From positions 87,850 to 151,849 of the forward strand of contig JBGSZS010000008.1 in NCBI GenBank assembly GCA_041750285.1: a DNA stretch of 64,000 nt, written 5' to 3'. Within the stretch, counting starts at the first letter, position 1. The number at the start of each line of letters is the position of its first letter. The stretch is from Candidatus Fermentibacteraceae bacterium. GTDB lineage: Bacteria; Fermentibacterota; Fermentibacteria; Fermentibacterales; JCC-6. The notes under the pieces are model-generated. The model had not been told where the DNA came from. It did not search any database and saw nothing but the letters and a program-made list of their open reading frames with translations. Made by a program: the position numbers and the translations under genes. Positions 49,070 to 59,165 of this stretch are shown here, piece by piece.

Positions 49070-50320
49070 CTAGAGAACTCCCGCGATGAATGACGTGAGC
49101 TGCCCAAGCCGGTGGGTGTAGCTTCCCAGCTCGTTGTCGTACCAGCCGAACACCTTCACGTGGGTTACCGGGATCCTGCAGACACGGGGTTCACCCTCAC
49201 ACCGAGTTCTGTCACCACCATTCGCATCGGGGGGAATCTCGACATCCACAAAACCCGTCCGGGTGTGGGTTTCGACCGCTTCGATAACAACTGCGGCGTC
49301 TTCGCCCTTCATGTCGACCGAGACGTTCTGCTCCTCACTGTATTTCACGAGCCCGGCAGCCTCGCCCTCGGATGCCTGACGGTAGATACCGTTTATGGAG
49401 TCCCGGTCGATGAGGGGCTTCCCGTCCGGAGTCATCCCGGACTGGAAGGTGACGTTCAGGATGATGAGGCTCACGGTGGCCGTTGGGATCCGCACCGATT
49501 CCGCCATGAAACCAATGCGCGAAACCTCCGGCATAACCTGCTCGAGGGCTTTCGCAGCCCCCGTCGATGTCACCACCATGCTGGCCATTCCCGAGCGGTT
49601 CTTGCGCAGGTCCTTTGCACCGGATCCCGGGACGCTGTCGAGGACGGGCTGACTCGCCGTAACGGCGTGAATCGTGCTCATGCCGGCAGTGATCATTCTT
49701 CTCGTGAGGTCGCGGTCGAGGAGGGGGCGCATCATGTGAGCCAGCGCGGTGGTCGTGCAGGAACCGGCTGAGATCACTGTATGGCTCCCCGGTTCGAACT
49801 GGTAGTGGTTTATGCCGTAGATCATCATCTTGCTGTCTTCAGGGTCGGGTACGTTCTTCTGCCTGCTCTTGAAAGGTGCACTGAGAAGCACCACCCTCGC
49901 ACCTGCAGCAATGTGGCCCCGCAGGGATCCGCCCGGGGTGTCGGGGTCGTCGTGGGGGTCGACAAAGGTTCCCGTGCAGTCGACAACCACTCCCACGCCG
50001 TTGTCCCTCCACGGAATGTCCCTTGGGTTCCGGGCCTCGCGCAGGATCCTCACCTCACGGCCGTGGATGCTCAGCAGCCCTTCCTTCTCGCTGACCACCT
50101 GGCAGTCCGGTTTGCCCTTCTGCCCTGAAAGCCACCGGTGAAGCGACCCGTAGGTGCTGTCACGGGAGATGTAATGAGCCACAGACTCCAGTGATGTTCC
50201 GACCGGTCTTCCCGTGTTGATGACGAACCTTTGGAAATCGTCGTTCCCGAGATGGTGCCAGAGCGTCAGCTTGCCGATCCTGCCCAACCCGTTGATGCCA
50301 AGAACACGCTGTGTTCCCAT
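49070..50320 (-). CDS. Divergent glyceraldehyde-3-phosphate dehydrogenase family protein
   Basis: GINGLGRIGK, VVDCTG, ISAGSCTT, TIHAVT, STGAAKAL, VRIPT, GWYDNE. Confidence 0.85.
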   Translation of the reverse strand: MGTQRVLGINGLGRIGKLTLWHHLGNDDFQRFVINTGRPVGTSLESVAHYISRDSTYGSLHRWLSGQKGKPDCQVVSEKEGLLSIHGREVRILREARNPRDIPWRDNGVGVVVDCTGTFVDPHDDPDTPGGSLRGHIAAGARVVLLSAPFKSRQKNVPDPEDSKMMIYGINHYQFEPGSHTVISAGSCTTTALAHMMRPLLDRDLTRRMITAGMSTIHAVTASQPVLDSVPGSGAKDLRKNRSGMASMVVTSTGAAKALEQVMPEVSRIGFMAESVRIPTATVSLIILNVTFQSGMTPDGKPLIDRDSINGIYRQASEGEAAGLVKYSEEQNVSVDMKGEDAAVVIEAVETHTRTGFVDVEIPPDANGGDRTRCEGEPRVCRIPVTHVKVFGWYDNELGSYTHRLGQLTSFIAGVL

Positions 50321-50332
50321 TGCCAGTCCTCC

Positions 50333-53300
50333 CTACCTGATCGGAATTTCATCCTTCAAAATGCCCAGTCTGCCCAGAAAGATATTACCGGTCCGGCCGT
50401 CGATGCTCAGCCAGTCACCGGCGGCCAGCTGATGACCGCCAATACTTGCCGTTCCGGTGCTCTCGTCCACCAGAAGCTTTATGCAGTCCACCACGGCAGT
50501 TTTCCCGAGGCGCTTGGCGGTCACCGCCGCGTGTGAGGTCGAGCCTCCCCGGGCCGTGAGAATGCCCTGGACGCGTATAATCATTGTGATGTCTTCGGGG
50601 ACCGTGTCGGGTCTCAGAAGCACGATGTTCTCATCGGGGTTGCTTTCGAGCAGCGCCCGGATCTGGTCGGAATTCACTGCCACCCTGCCCGTGTACGCTC
50701 CCCCTGAAACCCCTATGCCCACCGCGGCGGGAACGACCGAGCCATCCATCGGAGTGTCGAAGCATGGAATGTCCGAGGTGTTCTCGGATACCATGACCCG
50801 TTTCTGCAGGATGAACAGGTCCTCGCCGGCGGGTGACTCGAAGGTGAACTCTATCTCCTGGGGGTCGTAGTCACGGGATGCCAGCTCTTCGGTCACGGAG
50901 AGAAGCGCGCCGAAAACCTCCGGATAGTCGCTCTCCAGCGAGGACTCGACGCCGTCGTAAGTCGGACTGCCCTTTCTCTGGGCTTCGGATATCGGCAGGG
51001 GATACACAAGCCCGCCCACCAGGTCCTCCCCCTGGCTGCACACGGTGAAGTCGCCGAAAAGCCTCACCTGTCGGCTGTAGGGTTCCCTGGGGTTACGGGT
51101 GAAGGTGACTCCCGAACCCGAATGCCTCCCCTTGTTGCCGAAGACCATCCGCTGAACGACAACCGCGGTCCCCCACTCTTCAGCGATGCCCACGTACTTC
51201 CGGAAGAAGCCTGCATGTGGCGAGTTCCATGAATCAAGTACCCTGTGAACGCAGGCGATCACCTGTTCGAACGGGTCTTCAATGAACCGCACCCCCATCT
51301 CCGAAGCCGTTCGCCGGTATTCCAGGGCCATCTCGCGCATCTGGTCCGGCGAAAAATCGAGCTTGAGCCTTACGCCGTACCTGCCCTTGAACTGGTTCAT
51401 TATTCCGTCGAAGACGCCCCTGTCAACACCGGACGACATCGCCCATGTCTGTATGAAACGCCGGTACGAGTCCCAGACCGTCCACTGGTACCCCTCGATT
51501 CGGGATATCTCCCCGGCAAGCTCATCGTTGAGGCCGACATTCACGAAGGTGGTCATAAGACCGGGCATGGAGAAGGCGGCTCCCGACCTGATCGCAAGCA
51601 TCAAGGGGCGTGATGGGTTGCCGAGTTCCAGCCCGGTTCTTTCCTCGAGCATCTGCACCGCCCGGCGGATCCGCTCAAGAGTGTCCTTGTAGAGGGGTTC
51701 GTAGGACATGGCGGGCATGGCGGCGAACAGCTCGGTCGTGATTATGAAGCAGTCCGGCACGTTGTGACCGTTCTGGGCGAGTTGCTTGAGGCCCAGTCCC
51801 TTGTAGCCCAGGGTCATCTGATCGTCGGTCGCGGGGTGGCTCTCCCTCAGGTGGGAGATCAGCCCGTCCGAGTCGTAGTTCATCATCCGGGTGAGGGCTT
51901 CGGGGCTCAGCTGCCCTGTGAGTTCGGAAACCAGCCTGTACTTGGCGCCAACGTACCGGTCCAGCGTCTGCAGACCCAGGGCTGAAACCAGGACCTCCCT
52001 GAGAACCATCTCTGAAACGGCGTCGGTGCACATTCCCCTCAGGACGCACTGCCTTGGATCATGCTCCAGCACCGTTCGAAGTATCATCTCGTGGCTGAGC
52101 ACCGACAGCCTGGACACCTCCGTGACACTGTTGGAAAGGAACAGGAAGATGTTCCTGTACTGGTTGAATGTAACGCTGTGCCAGGCGAAGCTCGCTTCGA
52201 GCATCCCGATGTTGGACGAGAGCGACCGTGGGTTGATCCCGTCGAGGGAGAGGGCACGTTCAAACCGGCGCAGTTCCCCGGCCACCCTTTTCAGGAGCGA
52301 CCTGTTCATGTAGGGGACGTCGGGCCCTGTCACCACTTCCTCGAAGAGACGGCTGACAAGCTGCTCCACTCTGAAGGAGAGACCCAGCGCATCGAACTTC
52401 GGCTCGGAGTAGTCTCCGTACATCGAAGGGATGCCCGCGGCGATATGCCGCTTGTGGTAGATGTTCTCAACCCCCTCGGAGGGAGTCGGGTCGAGTATCA
52501 CGTCCTTCAGTCTTTCCAGAATGTCAAGGCAGGCATCGATGAGTTCATCCCTGCGGAAGGGCTCGGGATTCTCGCGGTAAGCCGCCAGTGCGAGTGCGAA
52601 ATGCTCCCTGAGAACACCGTCGAGGGAGAGGAAACCCGCGACTGATCCCTCCAGTGCTTCCGCCGAGGGATGGTACTTCTGAAGCAGAAGCTGGTGCAGT
52701 CTTGCCATCAGTGCAACCCTGTCCCGGTTGAAGGGATCCTGCACCGGAACAGCCTCGAAATCGGCCGTTTCCATCGACAGAACCCTTGTCACCAGCTCTC
52801 CCGGTCCCTCACCGTCGAGACCCAGTGAGGAGATGTACCTGTGGGGTCCTTCGGCCCAGTGCTTCTCCATCTGAACAGCCGCAAGCACGTTGGGCGACAG
52901 GTACGGTTCAAGGTACGAGGAATCGAGTGTTGCCCAGTACATCATCACCGACCTGCTGAAGCCCACGATGCGGTTGGAGGCCTCGGCGTGTATCTGTTTC
53001 CTCAAAAAATGCATGAGTGAATCGTGCCTTGTACATGTCTCGTCGATGCGGGTGGAGACCGAACGAAGTTCGCCTTCGGCGCCCACTTCGTTGAAGTAGA
53101 CGGGGAAGGTTCGCAGAAGCTGCTTGGCCACGAAGTAGATGGGGCTAATGTCGGCGTTCAGGAAACGGGTGATGTCCCTCTGGAAAAGGTCGGTATCTGC
53201 GATGTAGACCCCTCCAAGCCTCAGCTGAACGTTCAGGGCCGCTGCAAGCCGTTCATACACGGCAGGGTTGGACTCGATGATTCGCATCCAGCACCGGATC

Positions 53301-54463
53301 TTGGGCAGGTGATAGGGATTGACAACCGTTTCCCAGTCGTCCGTGGCGCCCCTTATGTCCGGGTACTGGAAGTTCCAGTACAGGATGTCCTCCATGAGAT
53401 GATCGGCCGCCCTTGTGTTCCCCGCTGCTCCGATGGCGGTTCCGATGGCTTCGTAACACTGAAGCCGCGTGATGAGGAACGTATCCGCCCTGTCACGGAA
53501 AAAGCCCGTGAGCCTGCTGAGTATCCTCTCGATGTCGTAACCCAGTCTGGGCTGCATCATGATCTTCACAACTCCCAGAAGGTCCGACATCACTTCGTTC
53601 TGCCTGTTGCCCAGGGTATCGTCCTTGAGGAAGTAAAGACAGACCAGGAAGCGGTCCTCGAGGTCTTCAACCCTGAACACCCTTGCGATGCTTCGATCGA
53701 TCAGCTCGGAGTGGTTCGGGAACTCCTGTGACAAAAGGTGCCCGGCATCTGCCACCGCAGCCGCTTCCCTCAGCCGTTGCATCTCGGAGGGTTCGAGAAA
53801 GCCGAACCCTTCCACGATTTGCCCGGGATAGCTCAGTTCGGTGCCGGGCTGGCGGCACCAGTCGACGATGTCGAGCCTTTCGGCCGTGTGGACATAGCCC
53901 CTGTCCAGAACCTTCCTGTAAAGCTCAAGGCATGGAGTCGTCAGTTCGGGGTGCACACACGCCTTCCGGGCTGTGTCCCGAAGAAGGGTGTCCCTTTCCA
54001 GAAAGGCCACGGGCTCCCTTGCGAAAGCTTCTTCAAGCGACTGGAGCAGGATCAGCACCGGATCGATGTAGCACTGGGCATGGCGACCGGCGAGCACCGA
54101 CGACAGCCACATGAACACCTGTCTCAGGAGAGAGGAGGTCTGCTCCCGGGACATGGGCTGCCTTAGAAGCCCTTCCAGGAGTTCAGCCAGCAGGGAGAAC
54201 AGCAGTTTTCTGTCGCCGGAGCCCTCGAAGTACGGCCAGTTCCTCAACAGGACGGCCTGAAAACCGTCGAGGATCGCATCGATGTTCCTGAAATCGTGGA
54301 AATACTCTTCGATCGTCTCCACAAGACGCACCCTGACCCCGTAGAGCCCTTCGACCGCATCGACCAGGGGCGCGAAACGCCCGGGAACCACCACCTTCCG
54401 GGCAGTGCCGGCGATGTTCGCCCTCAGCGCGTCGGAATCAACCGGTATCTCTTTCGCTGCCAT
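50333..54463 (-). CDS. Large PPDK-like dikinase (ATP-grasp + phospho-His domain, long N-terminal domain)
   Basis: LGYKG.GL, AIRSGAAFSMPG.M.T..NVG, WDSYRRF, GTAVVVQRMVFGN, QGEDLVGG, GILTARGGSTSHAAVTA; ends after the swivel domain. Confidence 0.85.
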   Translation of the reverse strand: MAAKEIPVDSDALRANIAGTARKVVVPGRFAPLVDAVEGLYGVRVRLVETIEEYFHDFRNIDAILDGFQAVLLRNWPYFEGSGDRKLLFSLLAELLEGLLRQPMSREQTSSLLRQVFMWLSSVLAGRHAQCYIDPVLILLQSLEEAFAREPVAFLERDTLLRDTARKACVHPELTTPCLELYRKVLDRGYVHTAERLDIVDWCRQPGTELSYPGQIVEGFGFLEPSEMQRLREAAAVADAGHLLSQEFPNHSELIDRSIARVFRVEDLEDRFLVCLYFLKDDTLGNRQNEVMSDLLGVVKIMMQPRLGYDIERILSRLTGFFRDRADTFLITRLQCYEAIGTAIGAAGNTRAADHLMEDILYWNFQYPDIRGATDDWETVVNPYHLPKIRCWMRIIESNPAVYERLAAALNVQLRLGGVYIADTDLFQRDITRFLNADISPIYFVAKQLLRTFPVYFNEVGAEGELRSVSTRIDETCTRHDSLMHFLRKQIHAEASNRIVGFSRSVMMYWATLDSSYLEPYLSPNVLAAVQMEKHWAEGPHRYISSLGLDGEGPGELVTRVLSMETADFEAVPVQDPFNRDRVALMARLHQLLLQKYHPSAEALEGSVAGFLSLDGVLREHFALALAAYRENPEPFRRDELIDACLDILERLKDVILDPTPSEGVENIYHKRHIAAGIPSMYGDYSEPKFDALGLSFRVEQLVSRLFEEVVTGPDVPYMNRSLLKRVAGELRRFERALSLDGINPRSLSSNIGMLEASFAWHSVTFNQYRNIFLFLSNSVTEVSRLSVLSHEMILRTVLEHDPRQCVLRGMCTDAVSEMVLREVLVSALGLQTLDRYVGAKYRLVSELTGQLSPEALTRMMNYDSDGLISHLRESHPATDDQMTLGYKGLGLKQLAQNGHNVPDCFIITTELFAAMPAMSYEPLYKDTLERIRRAVQMLEERTGLELGNPSRPLMLAIRSGAAFSMPGLMTTFVNVGLNDELAGEISRIEGYQWTVWDSYRRFIQTWAMSSGVDRGVFDGIMNQFKGRYGVRLKLDFSPDQMREMALEYRRTASEMGVRFIEDPFEQVIACVHRVLDSWNSPHAGFFRKYVGIAEEWGTAVVVQRMVFGNKGRHSGSGVTFTRNPREPYSRQVRLFGDFTVCSQGEDLVGGLVYPLPISEAQRKGSPTYDGVESSLESDYPEVFGALLSVTEELASRDYDPQEIEFTFESPAGEDLFILQKRVMVSENTSDIPCFDTPMDGSVVPAAVGIGVSGGAYTGRVAVNSDQIRALLESNPDENIVLLRPDTVPEDITMIIRVQGILTARGGSTSHAAVTAKRLGKTAVVDCIKLLVDESTGTASIGGHQLAAGDWLSIDGRTGNIFLGRLGILKDEIPIR

Positions 54464-54932
54464 GCCTCTCCCCCGGAAGAACGCGGACAATCCCGCCGGG
54501 CCCAGGGCCCCGGATCAACTCGGTGAAGCCTTCTTGGGCAAAAACAAGGTCTGCTGCCATCGGATATGATAAGCTCCGGGCTGCAGCGAGGCAAACCTCT
54601 ATGATGAGCATTCCTTTAGCGGCTTTCCCGTTTTGTCCGGGCTCACCGCGATACGGAAATCCCTGTCCGCGGCAGTCCGGGATATCAATGGCAACCGGCC
54701 GCGCAGCTGCCATCAACAGTCGCCTAACTAAAGTCCCGTCCGGCAAGCATCAGGAACTCTTCGAAGTCCATGGCAGCTCTTGTTTCGTCATATGCCGACT
54801 GCCGGAATGATTGAATGGCCTGAGGCATAAGCGTCCCTGAAAAGGAAATCGATCATCGGATCCGGCGGTCGGGCTCATCACAGATCAGAGCAAGGGAACG
54901 GATGCAACAAGGATGCCTCAGGACAGGCCGCC

Positions 54933-56405
54933 TCACGTGGAAGCGCTGACCCTCCGGAAGTGGTGGCCGTATATCGCAAGGGAAATGGCCTGGGGAAAGA
55001 GCCTGGGCTTGTGGGTGAGCGTCCAGAACCATAGCCGCCAGTACTGATATCGCTCGGGTCCCAGGATGCCCAGCCTGAAAATTGACCTGAAAAACGCCAT
55101 CAGGTTGGAGCGGTCCCTTCGAACACCGACCCTGGGGGGTCTCAATTCCCGCAGGAAGCTTATCACCCTGTCGTAGTAGACCCTGGGCGAGTATATGTGT
55201 GTCAGCAAATTCCTGTAACCCTCGTGCAGAACGTCTGGATCCATGAGTGTCACGATGTTCGTCGAGCCGTCGGAATTGTCTCCCGACATTTCGGTGTTGA
55301 GCCGGCCCTCCTTCTCCATCCGCCGGTACAGCCTGGTCCCGTAGGGGGCCTGCAGCAGGCCCACCATTGCGGTGACAACACCGCTGTGGGCAATGAAGTC
55401 CATCTGCTGCTGGAAGATGCTCGGCGTGTCGGTGTCGAAGCCCAGGATGAAGCCGCCCTGAACTTCGAGCCCCGCCCTCTGCAGCCGTTTCACGCTTGCA
55501 AGCAGGTCGCGTCCACGGTTCTGGCTTTTGCTGCACTCCGCAAGACCATCCTCACTCGGGGTTTCGATGCCCACGAATACGGTGTTGAAGCCGGCCTCGA
55601 CCATGAGCTTCATCAGCAGGTCATCATCGGAGAGGTTGATCGAGACTTCGGTATTGAAAGGTATTCCCTTCTTGTCACGGCGCCAGCTGATCAGTGCCGG
55701 CAGCACATCTTCCTTGAGCTGTCGGGCATTCCCTATGAAGTTGTCATCCACCACGAATACGGAGCCCCGCCAGCCCAGACCGTACAGTACGTCCAACTCG
55801 GCAATGAGCTGATCCGAGGTCTTGGTTCGGGGAACGCGCCCGAACATGGATGTGATGCTGCAGAATTCGCAGTTGAACGGGCACCCTCTCGAAAACTGGA
55901 TGTTCATTGTCGCGTAGTGCTTCATGTCAACAAGATCCCAACGGGGCACCGGAGTCCTTCTGATGTCGGGGAAAACGGTCGTGGTGTACATTGGCCGGGG
56001 GGTTCCGCGCGCCAGATCGCAAAGGAACAAGGGCAATGTCACCTCGGCCTCATTGAGCACGAAATGATCAACACCCGGAAAGTCACCGTGTTCGCCCGAA
56101 AACAATGGTCCGCCGGCCACGACCGTGAGCCCGGCCGCCCTGCACCGGTCGATCACACGGTGGGCGTCGTCCCGCTGGATCACCATAGCGCTCACGAAGG
56201 CATAATCGGCCCAGGCGATGTCATCATCGGAAAGGGCAGTCACGTTCAGGTCAAGAAGCCTGAGATTCCACTCCGATGGCAGCATGGCGGCAACGGTTAT
56301 CAAACCGAGCGGAGGGGTTCCGGTCTTCTTGTGAACGAATTTGAGAGCGTGCTTCAGGCCCCAGAACGTGTCGGCGAACATGGGATAAACGAGCAGAATA
56401 TTCAT
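54933..56405 (-). CDS. B12-binding radical SAM protein (DUF4070 type)
   Basis: PPLGLITVAAMLP, VAGGP, SRGCPFNCEFC, VDDNFIG, GIETP, GFILGFD. Confidence 0.92.
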   Translation of the reverse strand: MNILLVYPMFADTFWGLKHALKFVHKKTGTPPLGLITVAAMLPSEWNLRLLDLNVTALSDDDIAWADYAFVSAMVIQRDDAHRVIDRCRAAGLTVVAGGPLFSGEHGDFPGVDHFVLNEAEVTLPLFLCDLARGTPRPMYTTTVFPDIRRTPVPRWDLVDMKHYATMNIQFSRGCPFNCEFCSITSMFGRVPRTKTSDQLIAELDVLYGLGWRGSVFVVDDNFIGNARQLKEDVLPALISWRRDKKGIPFNTEVSINLSDDDLLMKLMVEAGFNTVFVGIETPSEDGLAECSKSQNRGRDLLASVKRLQRAGLEVQGGFILGFDTDTPSIFQQQMDFIAHSGVVTAMVGLLQAPYGTRLYRRMEKEGRLNTEMSGDNSDGSTNIVTLMDPDVLHEGYRNLLTHIYSPRVYYDRVISFLRELRPPRVGVRRDRSNLMAFFRSIFRLGILGPERYQYWRLWFWTLTHKPRLFPQAISLAIYGHHFRRVSAST

Positions 56406-56442
56406 TTTGTCATTCTTTCTAATTATTTTTTTATTTGAGAAT

Positions 56443-56471
56443 ATTATATGAAATTACAAGCACTGGGTCAA
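56443..56471 (-). promoter_or_regulatory. Sigma70 promoter TTGACC-N17-TATAAT
   Basis: Near-consensus hexamers in an AT-rich stretch directly upstream of the radical SAM gene. Confidence 0.75.
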
Positions 56472-56632
56472 GATCAAAAAATACAGATAAGCTGTGTTGA
56501 CCTGATCGGTCACACCAGCGGGACAATACACATGCGGGTACCTTCGGGACGGGCGAGGATGTTTCATGCAGACCGGGAAGAAGGGGCCGAAGAAGGGTTA
56601 CCGGGTGTGACTTCCGATGGGGACCCTCAGGT

Positions 56633-57448
56633 TCATCCCAGCGCCACATCCAGCATCATCATCACAGCGAAGCCGGCCAGGGTGGTAATGGTCACCATGT
56701 CGATGTTCGCAGGGGTGCGTTGTGATTCGGGGATAAGCTCCTCCACCACCACGAAGATCATTGCGCCTGCGGCAAAACAAAGGGCGTAGGGCAGCACTTC
56801 CTGCATGTGCAGGACGAACGCGGCGCCGCAAACGCCCGCCACCGGTTCGACGATGCCGGACGCCTGTCCTGCCAGGAAGCTTTTACCCCTGCCCATTCCC
56901 TCACGTCTCAGCGGCAATGACACGGCCGCCCCTTCGGGAAAGTTCTGAAGGCCGATCCCGATCGCAAGGGCAACGGCCCCTCCCAGTGTGGCTGAAGGAA
57001 GACCTGCCGCCACGGCTCCGAATGCGACGCCCACTGCAAGACCCTCGGGGATGTTGTGCAGCGTGATCGCAAGTACCAGCAGCGTGCTTCGCTGCCAGGA
57101 CGTCCTTATGCCCTCGATGCTCTCCATTCCCATGCCGGGGTGAAGGTGCGGAAGGATGCGGTCGGTCAGCCTCATGAAAAGTCCGCCCGCCATGAACCCG
57201 ACCGCTGCCGTTAGCCATGCCGTCTGGCCCATCTGTCCGGCCATCTCAATGCCGGGCGCCAGAAGTGACCAGAAACTGGCGGCTATCATGACCCCTGCGG
57301 CAAAGCCAAGCATCGAATCCATCACCCTGGGTTTGACGGTTCCGGTGAAGAAAACAAGCCCTGCGCCAAGGGCGGTCACTCCCCAGGTGAACAGGGTGGC
57401 CATCAGTGCCTGAACCACCGGTCCGCTCCCGAGAAAGAATTCGATCAT
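56633..57448 (-). CDS. ZIP family (ZupT/GufA) metal transporter
   Basis: GFAAGVMIAASFWSLL, ITLHNIPEGLAVG, QNFPEG, AAGAMIFVVVEELIPE. Confidence 0.93.
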   Translation of the reverse strand: MIEFFLGSGPVVQALMATLFTWGVTALGAGLVFFTGTVKPRVMDSMLGFAAGVMIAASFWSLLAPGIEMAGQMGQTAWLTAAVGFMAGGLFMRLTDRILPHLHPGMGMESIEGIRTSWQRSTLLVLAITLHNIPEGLAVGVAFGAVAAGLPSATLGGAVALAIGIGLQNFPEGAAVSLPLRREGMGRGKSFLAGQASGIVEPVAGVCGAAFVLHMQEVLPYALCFAAGAMIFVVVEELIPESQRTPANIDMVTITTLAGFAVMMMLDVALG

Positions 57449-57638
57449 CTCACTCCACCTGTCAGTGTTTCAAGGAAAGCGCTTCCGGCCCTTCGGGCGA
57501 TTCCCCCCTGATCCCACACAGGATGGGCGGGCAGAACTGAAAACAGCCCAACTCGTTCCCATTCAATTGCATTAATGTCGTATCATAGAAACGGACCAAT
57601 GAAAAGCAAGCGCATCACAGGCTTGGACTCCGATGGCC

Positions 57639-57666
57639 TTGATTATTGTACACGCCATGTTATACT
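57639..57666 (+). promoter_or_regulatory. Promoter TTGATT-N16-TATACT with extended -10 TG
   Basis: Overlaps the 5' end of the track ORF, so its upstream ATGs (57633, 57657) are unlikely starts. Confidence 0.5.
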
Positions 57667-57704
57667 TTTTGTTGGAATCGTTTCACGGTCCGAGAGGGAA
57701 CGAA

Positions 57705-59156
57705 ATAATCACTCTTCTCCTTGCCATCATCTCCGGCCCCCAGGAAATACTCTGGACCGCGTTTCCCGACGGTGGCTTCACCGCCGTCCAATGTGCGGGA
57801 GATGTTAACGGAGACGGCACAGGGGACATCTTCGCAGCATCCCTCGAGAACACGGGGTTCGGGATACACTGTCTCGACGGCCTCACTGGTGAGGTGATCT
57901 GGAGCAACCAATCAACCCTGGGGGTTGCCGGACCGGGCTGTCTGAGAGCGGTGGGCGACGTCAACCTTGATGGAGTGCCCGAGGTGGCCGCCGGCCAGGC
58001 AGGCTCTCCCAGGGTGTTCCTTCTGTGCGGGGCGACAGGCGCGCAGATATGGAGCTCTCCGCAGGACAGGGTCGTGCAGTACGTTGAGGGTGTGGTGGGG
58101 CCGGAACCCGGGGACGTTGCTGTTCTCGCCATGAAGGACGCCGTCTCGAGCTCGGGCGGTATCTCCGCCCTTGACGGCCAGTCCGGCCAGGAACTGTGGT
58201 TCAAGTATACCTGGTCCACCGACGACGCCTGGATCAGGGTGACCGGGGTCGACATCAGCGGCAACGGCTGGTCGGAGATGGGCTACTCCATCGACCGCGG
58301 CTATGCTTGGAGCGGTTCGGCCGAGGTCTGGGACGGTTACACGGGTGAACTGATATCGAGCCAGCCCACCATATATTATGGATGCATGGATATCTGTGAT
58401 TCCCCCGTCCCGAGTCTCGCCGTATCCCACTGGGGGGATCTGCCCAGCACATGGGTGGTGGATCTTCCCTCAGAAGAGCCCGTCTGGGATTCGGGTGAGG
58501 AATACGACATTTTCGTCACACTTGACTTCATCCAGAACGTTACGGGGCCCAGCGAGCCCAGGGCGGACCTGCTGGGCAACGGCCCCCTGGGTATCTATCT
58601 GATAAACGGCGACAACGGCTTTTACGAAGATGCCTATCCGCTTTCGACTGTGGCAACCGACTGCTTCCACGACGGCAGCCAGTGGTGTCTTGCGGCCCTG
58701 ACGCAAAACACCTTCAACGCCCCTCCACTTGTTTTTTCCTCACCTGTAACAACTCCCCAGACCCAGTTGCCCAACTCCCCCGGGTCATCCATGTGCCTTT
58801 TCGAGTCGGACCAGTACCCCACTCCCCTTGTCGCCGTTGCCATGGAGGGCGCTTCCGGCCCAGGCATCTGTGTCATTCACACCTCATGGCCAGTGGCGAC
58901 CGGCGGAACGTACAGCGAACCAGTGTCCGCGCAGGTTCCGGTAAGCTTCGTGGAATGCCCCGGGACAGGGTTCCTCACTGCGCAGGGAATCGCCGGCGGT
59001 GAGGCCGTAATACTCGACGCAGCGGGAAGGGTTGTCGGGACTGTCAGGCTGCAGCCCGGCGAAAGGGAGGCATTTCACCTTCCTCCCGGTGTGTACCACC
59101 TTGTGGATTCCGCAACCGGTCTGCTGCTCCAGCGGGGAGTTGTCCTGGCCCGCTGA
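57705..59156 (+). CDS. Secreted FG-GAP/PQQ-type beta-propeller protein with degenerate T9SS-like tail (start uncertain, possibly AUA)
   Basis: GDVNGDG..DI, GDVNLDG.PEV, DG.TG..IW repeats; tail ILDAAGRVV...LPPGVYHL...VVLAR. Confidence 0.7.
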   Translation: MITLLLAIISGPQEILWTAFPDGGFTAVQCAGDVNGDGTGDIFAASLENTGFGIHCLDGLTGEVIWSNQSTLGVAGPGCLRAVGDVNLDGVPEVAAGQAGSPRVFLLCGATGAQIWSSPQDRVVQYVEGVVGPEPGDVAVLAMKDAVSSSGGISALDGQSGQELWFKYTWSTDDAWIRVTGVDISGNGWSEMGYSIDRGYAWSGSAEVWDGYTGELISSQPTIYYGCMDICDSPVPSLAVSHWGDLPSTWVVDLPSEEPVWDSGEEYDIFVTLDFIQNVTGPSEPRADLLGNGPLGIYLINGDNGFYEDAYPLSTVATDCFHDGSQWCLAALTQNTFNAPPLVFSSPVTTPQTQLPNSPGSSMCLFESDQYPTPLVAVAMEGASGPGICVIHTSWPVATGGTYSEPVSAQVPVSFVECPGTGFLTAQGIAGGEAVILDAAGRVVGTVRLQPGEREAFHLPPGVYHLVDSATGLLLQRGVVLAR

Positions 59157-59165
59157 CCCTTCGCT

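Noticed and set aside
54491..54932. Short ORFs or a riboswitch in the intergenic region upstream of the PPDK-like gene
   Set aside because: No RBS-supported recognisable protein and no known RNA consensus.
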